A stretch of DNA of 43,612 nucleotides from a virus (lineage: Duplodnaviria; Caudoviricetes), in the IMG/VR virus record IMGVR_UViG_3300037311_000479, positions 1 to 43,612 of that record; one strand, written 5' to 3'. A program made the translations under genes and the position numbers. Every line of letters begins with the position of its first letter. Positions within the stretch are counted from its first letter, which is position 1. Positions 1 to 9,439 of this stretch are shown here, piece by piece. Under the pieces are notes generated by a model. The model ran no database searches. It was not told the origin of the DNA and worked only from the letters and a program-made list of their open reading frames with translations.

Positions 1-1218
1 ATGGAAGCAGTAAACATTTATCCCGAACTGGTAAAACATCGGATTAACAAGCAGGGTTACGCACCAATTGTCATTCGGTTTGACTTTAAAAGAACCCACA
101 TTTGTACCGATAATCTCGGTCAAAAAGTAAAGCCTGAATTTTGGGATTTTGAAACTAAGAGAGTAAAATGCAAATGTCCTAATTCGGCGTTACTAAATTC
201 ATTATTGGAAAACTCTCTAAACCGCCACAAAAACTTTATCCTCAAACGACAAACATTTGGGTTACCACTCACCAAAGAAATAATAAAGCAGTACCTGCTT
301 TCAAATAGTGCATACGAGAATTTTTATGAGTATGCAGAAAAAGTAATCAATGAAAAAAAATTGAAGGATGGCAAACCTTATACCGAGGATAGTAAACGCC
401 GTTACAGGGATGAAATTAAACGTATGATGCAATTTAAAGCAGAGTTGCATTTTAACCAAGTCAATGTAGCATTCCTCACTGATTATAAGCAATGGCTTCA
501 AAATGTTTATGTAAAAAAAGATAAAACAAAATTAGAGCATAACAGCGTTTGGAAAGCATTAGGATTTATCCGTATGGTGTACAATGAAGCTATAAGGAAT
601 GAAATTATTTTACCTGATGGGAATCCATTTAAGCAATTCAAGGTTGGCACTTATAAAGAGAACCTCACAAAAATTAAATATTTAGAATTATCTGAAGTTG
701 AAATAATCGAACAGCAATTATTAACAAACGCAAATATCTCGGACTTAACAAAAAAAATTGGTTGGCGGTTTCTTTCCATGTGTGTATCAGGGATGCGTAT
801 AAGCGATGCAATGATGCTTGACGATTGTTTTTTTAATGATGCAGGGGATTTGCAATTTACACCACACAAAACAAGGCGGCATCAAAACACGGCACAAATC
901 CCAATTACTACAGAGCGGCAGCGTAGGTATTTTGAAACTACCTTAGCTAATAAATTACCAGCAACTGATGCTAAGAGCTTTCGTACAACCTTTAATATTC
1001 ACTTAAAAATATTAGCTGCCGCCGCAGGATTAAGTATTAACCTTACTTCTCATGTAGGTAGGCATACAATGGGTGGCTTTATTGTTGATGCTGGTTTAGA
1101 GATAAAACCAGCAATGGCAATGTTCGGTGTTAGGTCAAAAAAGACTATTGAAACATACCTACACTTGAAAAACGATAAGTTGAGGGTTGAAGCTAACAAA
1201 CTTGGGAACATTATGTAA
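1..1218 (+). CDS. int: Tyrosine recombinase/integrase (arm-binding, SAM-like and catalytic domains)
   Basis: GMRISD (catalytic Arg), HKT (Lys), SHVGRHT (HxxR) and ETY (Tyr); N-terminus resembles Bacteroidota arm-binding integrases. Confidence 0.93.
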   Translation: MEAVNIYPELVKHRINKQGYAPIVIRFDFKRTHICTDNLGQKVKPEFWDFETKRVKCKCPNSALLNSLLENSLNRHKNFILKRQTFGLPLTKEIIKQYLLSNSAYENFYEYAEKVINEKKLKDGKPYTEDSKRRYRDEIKRMMQFKAELHFNQVNVAFLTDYKQWLQNVYVKKDKTKLEHNSVWKALGFIRMVYNEAIRNEIILPDGNPFKQFKVGTYKENLTKIKYLELSEVEIIEQQLLTNANISDLTKKIGWRFLSMCVSGMRISDAMMLDDCFFNDAGDLQFTPHKTRRHQNTAQIPITTERQRRYFETTLANKLPATDAKSFRTTFNIHLKILAAAAGLSINLTSHVGRHTMGGFIVDAGLEIKPAMAMFGVRSKKTIETYLHLKNDKLRVEANKLGNIM

Positions 1219-1221
1219 ACA

Positions 1222-1251
1222 AAAATGTACCTATATTTCAAGGTGCATTTT
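1222..1251. terminator. Probable bidirectional terminator between convergent integrase and endolysin
   Basis: AAAATGTACCT-N8-AGGTGCATTTT inverted repeat (one G-U pair). Confidence 0.55.
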
Positions 1252-1272
1252 AATGATATTGAATGATACTTA

Positions 1273-1806
1273 CTATACCCATCGGGTAATGCTGTAGGTT
1301 GCCCTAAAACTTCGGTATTTATAATAAACCCCATCACCCTCACGGCTTCCGGCTTCATTTGTATTACCCTCCACACTTCGGTACACGGATGCGTTAATTC
1401 GCTTGTCGTAAAAGCCTGTATGTCCTATTCGTCTAAGTTTTGGATAGTATAATGTAAATACATCGCCAGGCTGCACGGCTTTTGAAAAACTATTTTTAAA
1501 CCAAACAATATTATTTGCATTGTGGCAACTTAAAGCCATACCATTAATTCGGCTGGCATCTGTAATACCTGCCTGTAGCAAATTCCACTTAACAAAAGCG
1601 GCACACCACGGATAGCCTTTTGTGAGCCCAACAGTTTGTAAATACATTTCAACGGATTTGCCATCATTGTGGCCAGTAGCTTCCCTAATGCCAATCTGTA
1701 AAGTATAGCTTTGTTGCAGTTTGTCGGTTTTCGGTGGCTGTGAAAAGCCAACGCTAACGGTTAAAGCTGTAATCAGCAATACCGATAGAAATTTTGATAG
1801 TCGCAT
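1273..1806 (-). CDS. CHAP-domain endolysin with N-terminal signal peptide (alternative start 1818)
   Basis: PWCAAFV (Cys), GHTG (His) and VEGNT motifs; hydrophobic N-terminus MRLSKFLSVLLITALTVSVGFS-Q. Confidence 0.85.
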   Translation of the reverse strand: MRLSKFLSVLLITALTVSVGFSQPPKTDKLQQSYTLQIGIREATGHNDGKSVEMYLQTVGLTKGYPWCAAFVKWNLLQAGITDASRINGMALSCHNANNIVWFKNSFSKAVQPGDVFTLYYPKLRRIGHTGFYDKRINASVYRSVEGNTNEAGSREGDGVYYKYRSFRATYSITRWV

Positions 1807-1810
1807 AATT

Positions 1811-2197
1811 TTATACAAGTTTTAGGTAAACAAAAATGATTGCTGTAATAAAATAGACCAACACCCCTAACGCAATCAATAGACGGCGTGTGGCAGATAC
1901 TTTTTTCCAATCTACTTTAGAAAAATTTACAATCTTGTTGTCTTCTCCTTTTTGTCCATACAGGTAGTTGTGAAGCCCCCTGATAGTAAAATATAGCCCC
2001 AACACTCCAGCATTGGTAGCACCAATAACTACTACAGCAGAAAGGAATAAAGGCTGTAAAAAAGCAGGATCATAATTACCTGTACCATAGCCAAAGAGCC
2101 ATGATAAAGCTAATCCTACCCAGTAGAAAATAAAAAACGCCAAAGGCACACTCCAAACACCGTCCCACTTCTGCAAAAAGTATTTTAATTTTTTCAT
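1811..2197 (-). CDS. Three-TM membrane protein, putative holin (start reassigned to ATG 2197, 128 aa)
   Basis: Three hydrophobic segments; ATGA overlap with upstream stop; lies just before the endolysin. Confidence 0.6.
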   Translation of the reverse strand: MKKLKYFLQKWDGVWSVPLAFFIFYWVGLALSWLFGYGTGNYDPAFLQPLFLSAVVVIGATNAGVLGLYFTIRGLHNYLYGQKGEDNKIVNFSKVDWKKVSATRRLLIALGVLVYFITAIIFVYLKLV

Positions 2198-2706
2198 GAT
2201 TTCCAGTATAAAATTTGTTTGATAATAGGTTTTCTTAGCCGCCAACACAAGTATCCAATATTTGCCAGCAGTAACCACCAACACCATTTAGGCACTTTGT
2301 ATTTGATTTTTGGAGGCGGTGCCGGAGCTTGTATTACTTTAGTTTCAGTACGGTATTTTTCAAGTGTACTAATTTTTGTTTCTAAATTCTGAATAACCAC
2401 CTGAAGGCTGTCCGTTTTACATTCAACTTGCAGCTTGCCATTGCTTATATTTGCTGTTACAGTTGTTTTACCGTTTTTGGATTTTACTACTTTGTTAATC
2501 TTTACATCGGGGCATGGAATGGCTTCGTAAATCTCCAAAGTATCACCTGGCAGGGCTATGGTTGTATCTCTGTAAATAGTGGTATCCTTTACCACAATAC
2601 TGTCCTTTGTAATTATTTGCGGTGGAAACTTTTGAAAGCATCGCTTTTGTGTAACGCAACTGCTAAAGCAAATTGCCACAAACAGTATGAGTAAAATATT
2701 TTTCAT
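2194..2706 (-). CDS. Putative unimolecular spanin (u-spanin)
   Basis: Lipobox (CFSS-C) at N-terminus, beta/coiled-coil middle, Pro-rich linker, C-terminal TM (WCWWLLLANIGYLCW); in lysis cassette. Confidence 0.72.
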   Translation of the reverse strand: MKNILLILFVAICFSSCVTQKRCFQKFPPQIITKDSIVVKDTTIYRDTTIALPGDTLEIYEAIPCPDVKINKVVKSKNGKTTVTANISNGKLQVECKTDSLQVVIQNLETKISTLEKYRTETKVIQAPAPPPKIKYKVPKWCWWLLLANIGYLCWRLRKPIIKQILYWKS

Positions 2707-2957
2707 TACCCCCTTTGTTTTAATTCGTTAATTTCCTGTTGCAGCTTATAATTTTCAACCTTTAATTCATCAACCAATTTTCTTAGCTCATCCACTTTTT
2801 TAGTCATGTCCTCTGCTAATGTTCTCCATATTGTAGTTGCTCTTTCAACTGCTTCTACTTCAGTTAAAGTTGCTTCCGCACTATTTTTTCTTTTACCTAA
2901 AAACCAACCGCCTATTAAAGTTGTAATGGGGGCTAAATATGGAATTATATCTTTCAT
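2706..2957 (-). CDS. Small membrane-anchored coiled-coil protein (holin-like or lysis accessory)
   Basis: N-terminal hydrophobic helix followed by heptad coiled coil; first gene of lysis cassette. Confidence 0.55.
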   Translation of the reverse strand: MKDIIPYLAPITTLIGGWFLGKRKNSAEATLTEVEAVERATTIWRTLAEDMTKKVDELRKLVDELKVENYKLQQEINELKQRG

Positions 2958-2974
2958 TGTTAATTTAATTTTAA

Positions 2975-3066
2975 AAACAGCCCTTGTAGATTACTCTTTT
3001 CGGGCTGTTTAATTTCTCCCAAGAAAAGGATAAACCCCTTTTTGACGTTTGCCCTGTTCTTGGGAG
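2975..3066 (-). terminator. Two adjacent hairpins upstream of the lysis cassette
   Basis: CTCCCAAGAA(3016-3025)/TTCTTGGGAG(3057-3066) long stem, plus AAACAGCCC/GGGCTGTTT stem. Confidence 0.5.
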
Positions 3067-3158
3067 GCCCAGTATCTATAAAAGTATATCGGTATAACGA
3101 CATCTTTTATTACTACGAAACTTTATAAAGCCTCGAAGATTATGTACGCCGAACAAGT

Positions 3159-4067
3159 TTAGTAATTTCGCCCCAAGGCTGCTATTCTTACTATAATATC
3201 ATTTGCCGCTTTATTAGCGTCATAAATTCCATCGGAAAGGTTACTCAAGGTGTCTATGTAAACTTTATCCAAAGAATTTAATTCAGCTAAACGGTCTATT
3301 TCATTTATCCCCAAATAACAACCAATACCGGGTTGTCCTGTTTGAATACCCGGCATCGTAAATATAACATCGCTCATTGGCCCAAAAATCATCGGGCTTT
3401 GTCTAGTAGTTGCATCAACATTTGGGTTACGAATACCAAAAGCAATTCTAAATTTTTGAATTTTCTTTTTCCTCCTTAGTTTTCTTGTACTTAAACTATA
3501 CCCAGAATTTGATGTGCCAATGATTCGTCCTGAATTGTAGGTATTAATCTCATTAAAGTCTTTCCAGCTATAACCCTGAAGTCCGTTTGGTATTACATCT
3601 ATTCCGTTAAGGCTTCTCCAAAACATAAATCGATTAAAAGGGAATTTAAAACCATCTCTTCCATTGTAAGTGTTAGGTAATTCTACTTCAGTAATTAATC
3701 CGGGCAAAGGGTTTCCGTCTTGGTCGTCTCTTGTCCCATTATAAATTCCAAAACCACTCCATCTTGTAGGTGCATTTATATCAACTGGATGAACCCAAGC
3801 AGTTGATTTGTCTCTATTGTTTCTTTTATTTTTTTGACGAAACAAAAAAGCCATTGGCTGATATTTTAACCACTCGTTTGAATATCCGGCCGTGTACATC
3901 ATTAAATTATCATCACCATAATACCTAAGAATTGGCTGTGGGATATTGATTATATTGGAAACATCAATGAGAGTAGTATTGACATTAACAGGCAATGCCA
4001 TGTCGTGAACCATTATCTTGGTTCCAGTAGCTGAATCTTTTGGTATTTCTGTTACATCTATTGCCAT
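3159..4067 (-). CDS. Hypothetical protein (possible minor tail or accessory protein)
   Basis: 302-aa ORF between tail tube and lysis genes; no recognised motif. Confidence 0.6.
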   Translation of the reverse strand: MAIDVTEIPKDSATGTKIMVHDMALPVNVNTTLIDVSNIINIPQPILRYYGDDNLMMYTAGYSNEWLKYQPMAFLFRQKNKRNNRDKSTAWVHPVDINAPTRWSGFGIYNGTRDDQDGNPLPGLITEVELPNTYNGRDGFKFPFNRFMFWRSLNGIDVIPNGLQGYSWKDFNEINTYNSGRIIGTSNSGYSLSTRKLRRKKKIQKFRIAFGIRNPNVDATTRQSPMIFGPMSDVIFTMPGIQTGQPGIGCYLGINEIDRLAELNSLDKVYIDTLSNLSDGIYDANKAANDIIVRIAALGRNY

Positions 4068-4096
4068 GACTTTGTTTTCTTGGATTGATTGTAAAC

Positions 4097-4131
4097 TAAC
4101 GGCTCAATTAATATTTAAAAATGAGCCGTTA
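4097..4131 (-). terminator. Hairpin after major tail gene
   Basis: Perfect 10-bp inverted repeat TAACGGCTCA/TGAGCCGTTA. Confidence 0.6.
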
Positions 4132-4177
4132 ACTAAAAAGCATTCGGCGTTTACTTGAAAAGTATTACAATCAATCC

Positions 4178-4744
4178 CTAAAAGTTTGGGCAAGTAAAGA
4201 TTGATGCTATGGTTGCCTTTTTAACCATTATTGGCAAGTTGGTGCTTACCACCTGGCTTTCTACCTGCCAGTCAATTACTTCTTCAATGTCTTCCACAAC
4301 AGGGTCTTTGGCTTTTACAGAAGCAACCGTGTCAAAAATCCTTACCACTGAACTGGTGCAGAAAAATGGCACCAAATCCGTCCTTTTACTGATTTCATTG
4401 TAGAAGTGGTAATTGTCAATATAATCAGGGTCGTTAATTGTCAGCTTCATGGTACGCTGGCCATAACTGAATTTTCTGTTACCATACCCTTTTAATTCTT
4501 TAGGGTCTCCAGGATCATAGCTACCTCTTGTTTGAGGTATCATTATGATACTACCGTTTGTTATACCTGTTTGCCAAGTCGCCAAAGTAGTAGGTGAAGC
4601 CAATAAAGTAGGCAAATATGCTTCTTTAATGAAGCCTGATTGCCTTGCTCCTGCAAACTCAATTACTCTGCCTTCGGGGCAATCGTGGCAAGTATGTACT
4701 GCTTCATTCTGTCCGCAGCCATATAAATATGCGTATGAACTCAT
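4178..4744 (-). CDS. Putative major tail tube protein
   Basis: 188 aa; position after the head-completion genes; followed by a hairpin. Confidence 0.55.
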   Translation of the reverse strand: MSSYAYLYGCGQNEAVHTCHDCPEGRVIEFAGARQSGFIKEAYLPTLLASPTTLATWQTGITNGSIIMIPQTRGSYDPGDPKELKGYGNRKFSYGQRTMKLTINDPDYIDNYHFYNEISKRTDLVPFFCTSSVVRIFDTVASVKAKDPVVEDIEEVIDWQVESQVVSTNLPIMVKKATIASIFTCPNF

Positions 4745-4770
4745 TTTTGAATTTTTTTAGTGTTAAAAAA

Positions 4771-5373
4771 TCATTCGCACAAACATTGCTCAACGCAAGC
4801 TTGCGAAAAACTCATTTCAATTTTGTAGCGGATGGCAAACATGCTCATCTGCTCGTTTAAGAAATAATCCGATTGCGGATATTCTTGCCTAAATACTTCT
4901 ATGTGGTTCATGTTAGAACTCACAGGAATAATCAAGCAACTGTTTATTTTTAAGTCAACCATCAAGGCCGTACTTAACCTTTGGGGCATTCCATGCAGCA
5001 CAACTGGTTCAAGAGCATCTTTTGTCTTGCCAGTAATCTTGCTGTTGGTTAATACCACCATTGTTAGTTCGCTAACGCTTTTGATAAAATACGCATCGCC
5101 ATAACTGTTTTTCTCTTTACTGTAAACATTCGTTTGCAGCTTGTGATAAACCTGAATAGCTTGTTTGCTATCAGGTGTTATGGGAGTTGCTTTACCATCG
5201 GCGGTAACTATTGCCGGCAAAAGTTCTATTTGATTTTGAGCAGTTCCCTTTGGGCTTCTTGCCACAATCGTAATCAAGCCATAAAACTTAGCCGGTTGCA
5301 ATTTTTCTTTACTCAAAGAGCCAGCCTTTAATTCATCATTAATAAATCCTACTATCTGATTTAAAAAAGGCAT
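4771..5373 (-). CDS. Putative tail terminator/completion protein
   Basis: Synteny (neck - terminator - tube) and size. Confidence 0.45.
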   Translation of the reverse strand: MPFLNQIVGFINDELKAGSLSKEKLQPAKFYGLITIVARSPKGTAQNQIELLPAIVTADGKATPITPDSKQAIQVYHKLQTNVYSKEKNSYGDAYFIKSVSELTMVVLTNSKITGKTKDALEPVVLHGMPQRLSTALMVDLKINSCLIIPVSSNMNHIEVFRQEYPQSDYFLNEQMSMFAIRYKIEMSFSQACVEQCLCE

Positions 5374-5994
5374 CTAAATTGTTTTTAAGTATTCAGGCAA
5401 AAATTCAATAGCTGTTTTTTTAGCCAATTCAACTTCTTCCTTTGTTAGCTTGGTGAGTATCTTCTTGTTATAAGTTGCTTCACACCAAATAGCTTTTCTG
5501 AAATTGTCAGGGTTCAAATAACCTATGCCATAACCATTACCTGAAGGCACAACATTCATATCGTTTTCCATTTGCCTTGTAAGCGAAAGGATAACTTTTG
5601 TATCAGTTGTACGATTGTAAACAGGGCGGTTAGTGCCCGTTTTCTCGTAACCAGTAAAAGTGCCGTACTCCTTATTTGAAAGCCTTATCCTATCCACATA
5701 CTTACCTGCTTCGCCAGCTTTCTTTTTTTCTTTAAACTGCCCAGCTTTTTCTCCTTTTTTGTGCTTGGCAGCATCCCTGTAATTACCAGTTCTAACAACC
5801 ATGTACCCCTTTGAGTACTTACCTATTTGATTGCCGCTACTGTCCTTGCCATCAACGTGAACCCTGCGTTTCATTTCGGGCAAAACAGCTAATGCTACAG
5901 TCCTTAGTATTGGATCAGGGTTGTTTTGCAATGACTGAATTTGCTCCAGCTTTGTTTTTACAATTACACCGATATTTGTACTTACACTTAACAT
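5374..5994 (-). CDS. Putative neck/virion morphogenesis protein
   Basis: Basic protein with LSLTRQM motif, reminiscent of tail-completion proteins; synteny. Confidence 0.5.
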   Translation of the reverse strand: MLSVSTNIGVIVKTKLEQIQSLQNNPDPILRTVALAVLPEMKRRVHVDGKDSSGNQIGKYSKGYMVVRTGNYRDAAKHKKGEKAGQFKEKKKAGEAGKYVDRIRLSNKEYGTFTGYEKTGTNRPVYNRTTDTKVILSLTRQMENDMNVVPSGNGYGIGYLNPDNFRKAIWCEATYNKKILTKLTKEEVELAKKTAIEFLPEYLKTI

Positions 5995-5995
5995 T

Positions 5996-6514
5996 TTAAG
6001 GCGTTTGCATTACCCATTTTACGCTGTCGTTGCATTCAAGACAGCCTTTTAAACAATCACCATCATTTGGCTGTATACTGCTTACGGCATCGTCCAAAGC
6101 CTGTTCAAACTCACGGTAAAACTCTACTTTCAGGTTTTCGGCTTTTTCCAAATCAATAGTTGTGTACCGGTTCATTTCATCTGTGCTGGTACGTTCAATC
6201 ATTAATTCGGTGCCGTGTAAATACCAAAGAGCTACATCAAACAGTTCCTTTTTTTCGCAAACCAAACACTCAATTACTGTTTTATCGGTTAGTTTGTAGC
6301 ATTGATTCAATTTTGCTTTTACCAATATTTCAAACTTCTTCATGGTTCGCAAAACCACATCATACCATAGACCTAAGAATGTTTCCTGTTCATCATCTGC
6401 CAAGGCACTAATATTTTCAATACTAATGCCTTGCAGTTGATTGATGTACAGTTGCACTTCGGTTGTGTTTGCATCACAACCTAAAATGCCAATTCTATTT
6501 GCTAAACATTGCAT
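5996..6514 (-). CDS. Putative head-tail adaptor
   Basis: Immediately downstream of the capsid gene; helical, Cys-rich. Confidence 0.45.
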   Translation of the reverse strand: MQCLANRIGILGCDANTTEVQLYINQLQGISIENISALADDEQETFLGLWYDVVLRTMKKFEILVKAKLNQCYKLTDKTVIECLVCEKKELFDVALWYLHGTELMIERTSTDEMNRYTTIDLEKAENLKVEFYREFEQALDDAVSSIQPNDGDCLKGCLECNDSVKWVMQTP

Positions 6515-7623
6515 TATGCGTTTGTTGCGGTATAAAGGAATGTTCCGTTAACACCATGCAGTCTATCAGTAACATCGTAGCTATCTGTAGGGATGTTAAC
6601 GATTTGGTAAGCACAGCTTAAAATAACATTCCATCCACGACCTAATGCTACAGGTGTTCCGGCTACGTTTTCAGTACTTGGGCAGGTGCGGTAAGTAAGT
6701 TGCACATCAAATTCAAATGCAGACATATTACCTTGTCCTAAGCTGTCCATTACTGGCAAACGCAAAGTCATAAAGAAATCGCTACCTTTTTGACCTGCTT
6801 TAGGGCCACGGAATCGGCATACATTTACAAACTGTACTGCATCTTTTTCAAACAAGCCAAAGTTGTTTACCCCCCATCCAGTCTGTGCATAAGGATCAAA
6901 GTACATTTTTGGCAAAGCCAATTGGGTTGTATTTAAACCGCTTTGGTCGGCACTTTTTGCTACTTGTTGTAAGTAGTAATTATTTACTAAGCCACTTCCA
7001 ACAATTGTAGCATTTGCAATACGCATTTCGTTAAGCATTGCATCGTTCATAACCTCGGTCATCCCTTGGTTAAGAGGGTTTGTAGTGCCGTTTAAAACGA
7101 AATTGATTGCTTTTGCTGCGTTGGTGCCGGTAGAAACATTTTTACCAAAATTTGCACTCTGCAAACCAAGTAAGTCAATATTTATGTCTGCGAATAAACC
7201 ATTTGCTTGTTCAATAATGGCTTCGTAGATGTCTTTCATTATGCCTGTCATGGCAGGTGTACCGGCACTTACTTGTGCTAAAGCATCCTTTTCAAATTTT
7301 GCAATTTGGTCATCTTCAAAGCAAAGCCCAAGAGCCTTAAAGTTTGTAGATGGTACAATATGCTCCAAGTATGCAGGGCGAACCTGAATAGAGCAATCGT
7401 CCACATCTACCGATTTACCCGGTACTCCACGAGTACGGTATCTGATTTTCACATCACGGATATATCCGCTACCATCATCCTTGCCTTGGCTGATAATGTC
7501 GGGCTTATTATTACCTAACAAGTATTGCAAGAAGCCAGGTGTGGTTAATTTGTCAATTGGCGTAGCACCTCTGAAAGCCTCACGGGAAGCTATCAATAGG
7601 GCATTGGCTAAACCTTTTCCCAT
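6514..7623 (-). CDS. Major capsid protein (putative HK97 fold)
   Basis: 369 aa; follows a scaffold-like gene and precedes head-completion genes. Confidence 0.7.
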   Translation of the reverse strand: MGKGLANALLIASREAFRGATPIDKLTTPGFLQYLLGNNKPDIISQGKDDGSGYIRDVKIRYRTRGVPGKSVDVDDCSIQVRPAYLEHIVPSTNFKALGLCFEDDQIAKFEKDALAQVSAGTPAMTGIMKDIYEAIIEQANGLFADINIDLLGLQSANFGKNVSTGTNAAKAINFVLNGTTNPLNQGMTEVMNDAMLNEMRIANATIVGSGLVNNYYLQQVAKSADQSGLNTTQLALPKMYFDPYAQTGWGVNNFGLFEKDAVQFVNVCRFRGPKAGQKGSDFFMTLRLPVMDSLGQGNMSAFEFDVQLTYRTCPSTENVAGTPVALGRGWNVILSCAYQIVNIPTDSYDVTDRLHGVNGTFLYTATNA

Positions 7624-7665
7624 TGTATTAGAAAATTAAAAAGTAAAAGAATAAGTCTTGAACGC

Positions 7666-8526
7666 TTATTTGAATTCTGCCAATTGTGCTTCTATTTCAG
7701 CCACAATGCTACTATTGCCTTGTGGGGTGTTAGAAGGAATGGTTTGCGTTCCGTTTGATGCTGCGGATTGCTGTTGATTAGCATCGTTTATTTTCAACAA
7801 CTTGTTTTGTGCTAATGCACCGTCTATGAAAGTATTAGGCTCAATTGCCTCGTTGGTATCGCTGTAAGCAGGTTGCCCTTCTTTGTTTACGATAACTAAT
7901 TGTCCGGCTTCATTGCGTTTTACACTAAAGCCCTTTTTGGTGAGTTCGTTTTGAACCGCTCCTAAAGCTGTTGTAACTTTAAGGTTTGGATCCATTTCTT
8001 TAGGAAAAACATAGTCTTTGCCTAAAAGTATTTTTTGAAGTTCAAACGAGGTTAAGTCGTTTTCCCTTGAGGTTTTAAATTCAGTTTCTTTAGCTAAAGC
8101 AGCATCCTTCAACTCTTTAATGGTTTTGTTATATGCTGCTTCCTTTTGTGCAAACTCATCGGCGGTTTGCTTATTATTGGCACCTGTTGCTTTTTTGCCA
8201 GCTTCTGATGCCAGTTTTGTTAGCTTGGCAATTTTTTCGTAGGTGTTTTTTTCTGCCATAAAATCATCACCGGGCTGTAAACCAAGTTCTGCAATCAAAT
8301 CATCCATTATTGCATCGGCAGGGGCTAATATTTTTTGGCGTAAAATTTTATTTACCTCGGGGTTATTTTTGGCGGCTTCGGCAGTCATTAAAGACTTGTC
8401 AACCTTACCAACAATTTCATCGGCTACTTCAGTATCTAATTCAAATAGTGGTTTCAATTCTTCATTAGAAGTATCAATACCTGCTTTCTTAAAAAGTTTT
8501 TCTATTAATGTGCCGATTTTTGCCAT
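7666..8526 (-). CDS. Capsid scaffolding protein
   Basis: Charged coiled coil with low-complexity C-terminal linker, directly upstream of the capsid gene. Confidence 0.6.
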   Translation of the reverse strand: MAKIGTLIEKLFKKAGIDTSNEELKPLFELDTEVADEIVGKVDKSLMTAEAAKNNPEVNKILRQKILAPADAIMDDLIAELGLQPGDDFMAEKNTYEKIAKLTKLASEAGKKATGANNKQTADEFAQKEAAYNKTIKELKDAALAKETEFKTSRENDLTSFELQKILLGKDYVFPKEMDPNLKVTTALGAVQNELTKKGFSVKRNEAGQLVIVNKEGQPAYSDTNEAIEPNTFIDGALAQNKLLKINDANQQQSAASNGTQTIPSNTPQGNSSIVAEIEAQLAEFK

Positions 8527-8534
8527 AGGTTAAA

Positions 8535-8849
8535 TTATTTCTTTGTTGATTTTGCTTTTTCTGTTTCAGTGTTTTTTTCGGCTAACAGTTTTTCTAATTC
8601 TGCAATTTTTGCATCTTTTTCAGAAACAGTAATTTCCAATTCTTTTGCTTTGTCCTGTGCTTCGGCAGCAGTAACATAACTTTCGTCAATGAAAGGCAGT
8701 TTTGCGGCTTCGTCTTCGTCCATTTCTTCAAACTTCCATTTTTTACCTTCGGGGTTGCGGTTGTTGAAAGCCAATAACCTTGCTTTATTAGCCAAAGGCA
8801 CTTTATGAATGGTTTTGTCTGTTTTTCTGATAACTAAAACTTTTGCCAT
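8535..8849 (-). CDS. Hypothetical coiled-coil protein
   Basis: 104-aa Lys/Glu-rich ORF, first CDS of the capsid unit. Confidence 0.65.
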   Translation of the reverse strand: MAKVLVIRKTDKTIHKVPLANKARLLAFNNRNPEGKKWKFEEMDEDEAAKLPFIDESYVTAAEAQDKAKELEITVSEKDAKIAELEKLLAEKNTETEKAKSTKK

Positions 8850-8863
8850 AAAACTGCTTTTTG

Positions 8864-8936
8864 TTGCAGAGGGCGGACTCGAACCGCCGACCTGAAGTTT
8901 ATGAGACTACCGAGCTGCCGACTGCTCTACTCCACG
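8864..8936 (-). tRNA. tRNA-Met(CAT), initiator-like but degenerate
   Basis: Cloverleaf: CGTGGAG/CTCTGCA acceptor, GAGC/GCTC D-stem, CTCATAA anticodon loop, GGCGG-TTCGAGT-CCGCC T-arm; no encoded CCA. Confidence 0.85.
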
Positions 8937-8952
8937 ATTTAATTTGTAAAAA

Positions 8953-8987
8953 TACTCTTAAAGATAATTATTTTATCAATTAGAGTA
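8953..8987. promoter_or_regulatory. Palindromic operator copy A (TACTCT-N4-GATAA-N5-TTATC-N4-AGAGTA) between divergent promoters
   Basis: Both arm pairs perfectly symmetric; overlaps minus-strand TATTTTTA (8947-8954); plus-strand TACCTTTG -7 box at 8997-9004. Confidence 0.75.
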
Positions 8988-9020
8988 AGATTGTAGTACC
9001 TTTGTGGCAAAATTCACTAA

Positions 9021-9173
9021 ATGACTATTAAGTTAAATACGGACAATATTGACAAAAAAGTAGTAGATTTAATTATCGATAAGCAAGCCGAATTTAAAAA
9101 AGAAAAAGGCAGAATTGTTAGTTTAGAAAAAACAGTAGAACGATTACTGAAAGAGGCTTACATCAAAAAGTAA
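9021..9173 (+). CDS. 50-aa putative ribbon-helix-helix DNA-binding protein (not in ORF track)
   Basis: MTIKLNTDNIDKKVVDLIIDKQAEFKKEKGRIVSLEKTVERLLKEAYIKK: strand-helix-G-helix pattern; TAnnTTTG box upstream. Confidence 0.65.
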   Translation: MTIKLNTDNIDKKVVDLIIDKQAEFKKEKGRIVSLEKTVERLLKEAYIKK

Positions 9174-9175
9174 CT

Positions 9176-9424
9176 ATGTCAAATTTTTGCCAAAATTGCG
9201 AAAGCTGGACGAAAGTTGTCACACGGATAAGCAGTAGTAATTTTGGCATTTGCAATAATGTAGCTGTAGAAATGAAGATTGCTATTGATGGTAAAACCTG
9301 TACAAGCGACGATGGGTCTTTTTGGACTGAAGAATTTTTTGGCTGTATTTACCATCGTAAAAACGATGGTAGCCTTTTAGGCTTTGATGATATAATTGAC
9401 AGCGATACGGGGGAAATAAAATAA
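9176..9424 (+). CDS. Small Cys-rich protein (CxxC...C...C)
   Basis: Starts 2 nt after the previous stop; possible metal-binding motif. Confidence 0.6.
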   Translation: MSNFCQNCESWTKVVTRISSSNFGICNNVAVEMKIAIDGKTCTSDDGSFWTEEFFGCIYHRKNDGSLLGFDDIIDSDTGEIK

Positions 9425-9439
9425 ATGTACTTTTGCATT

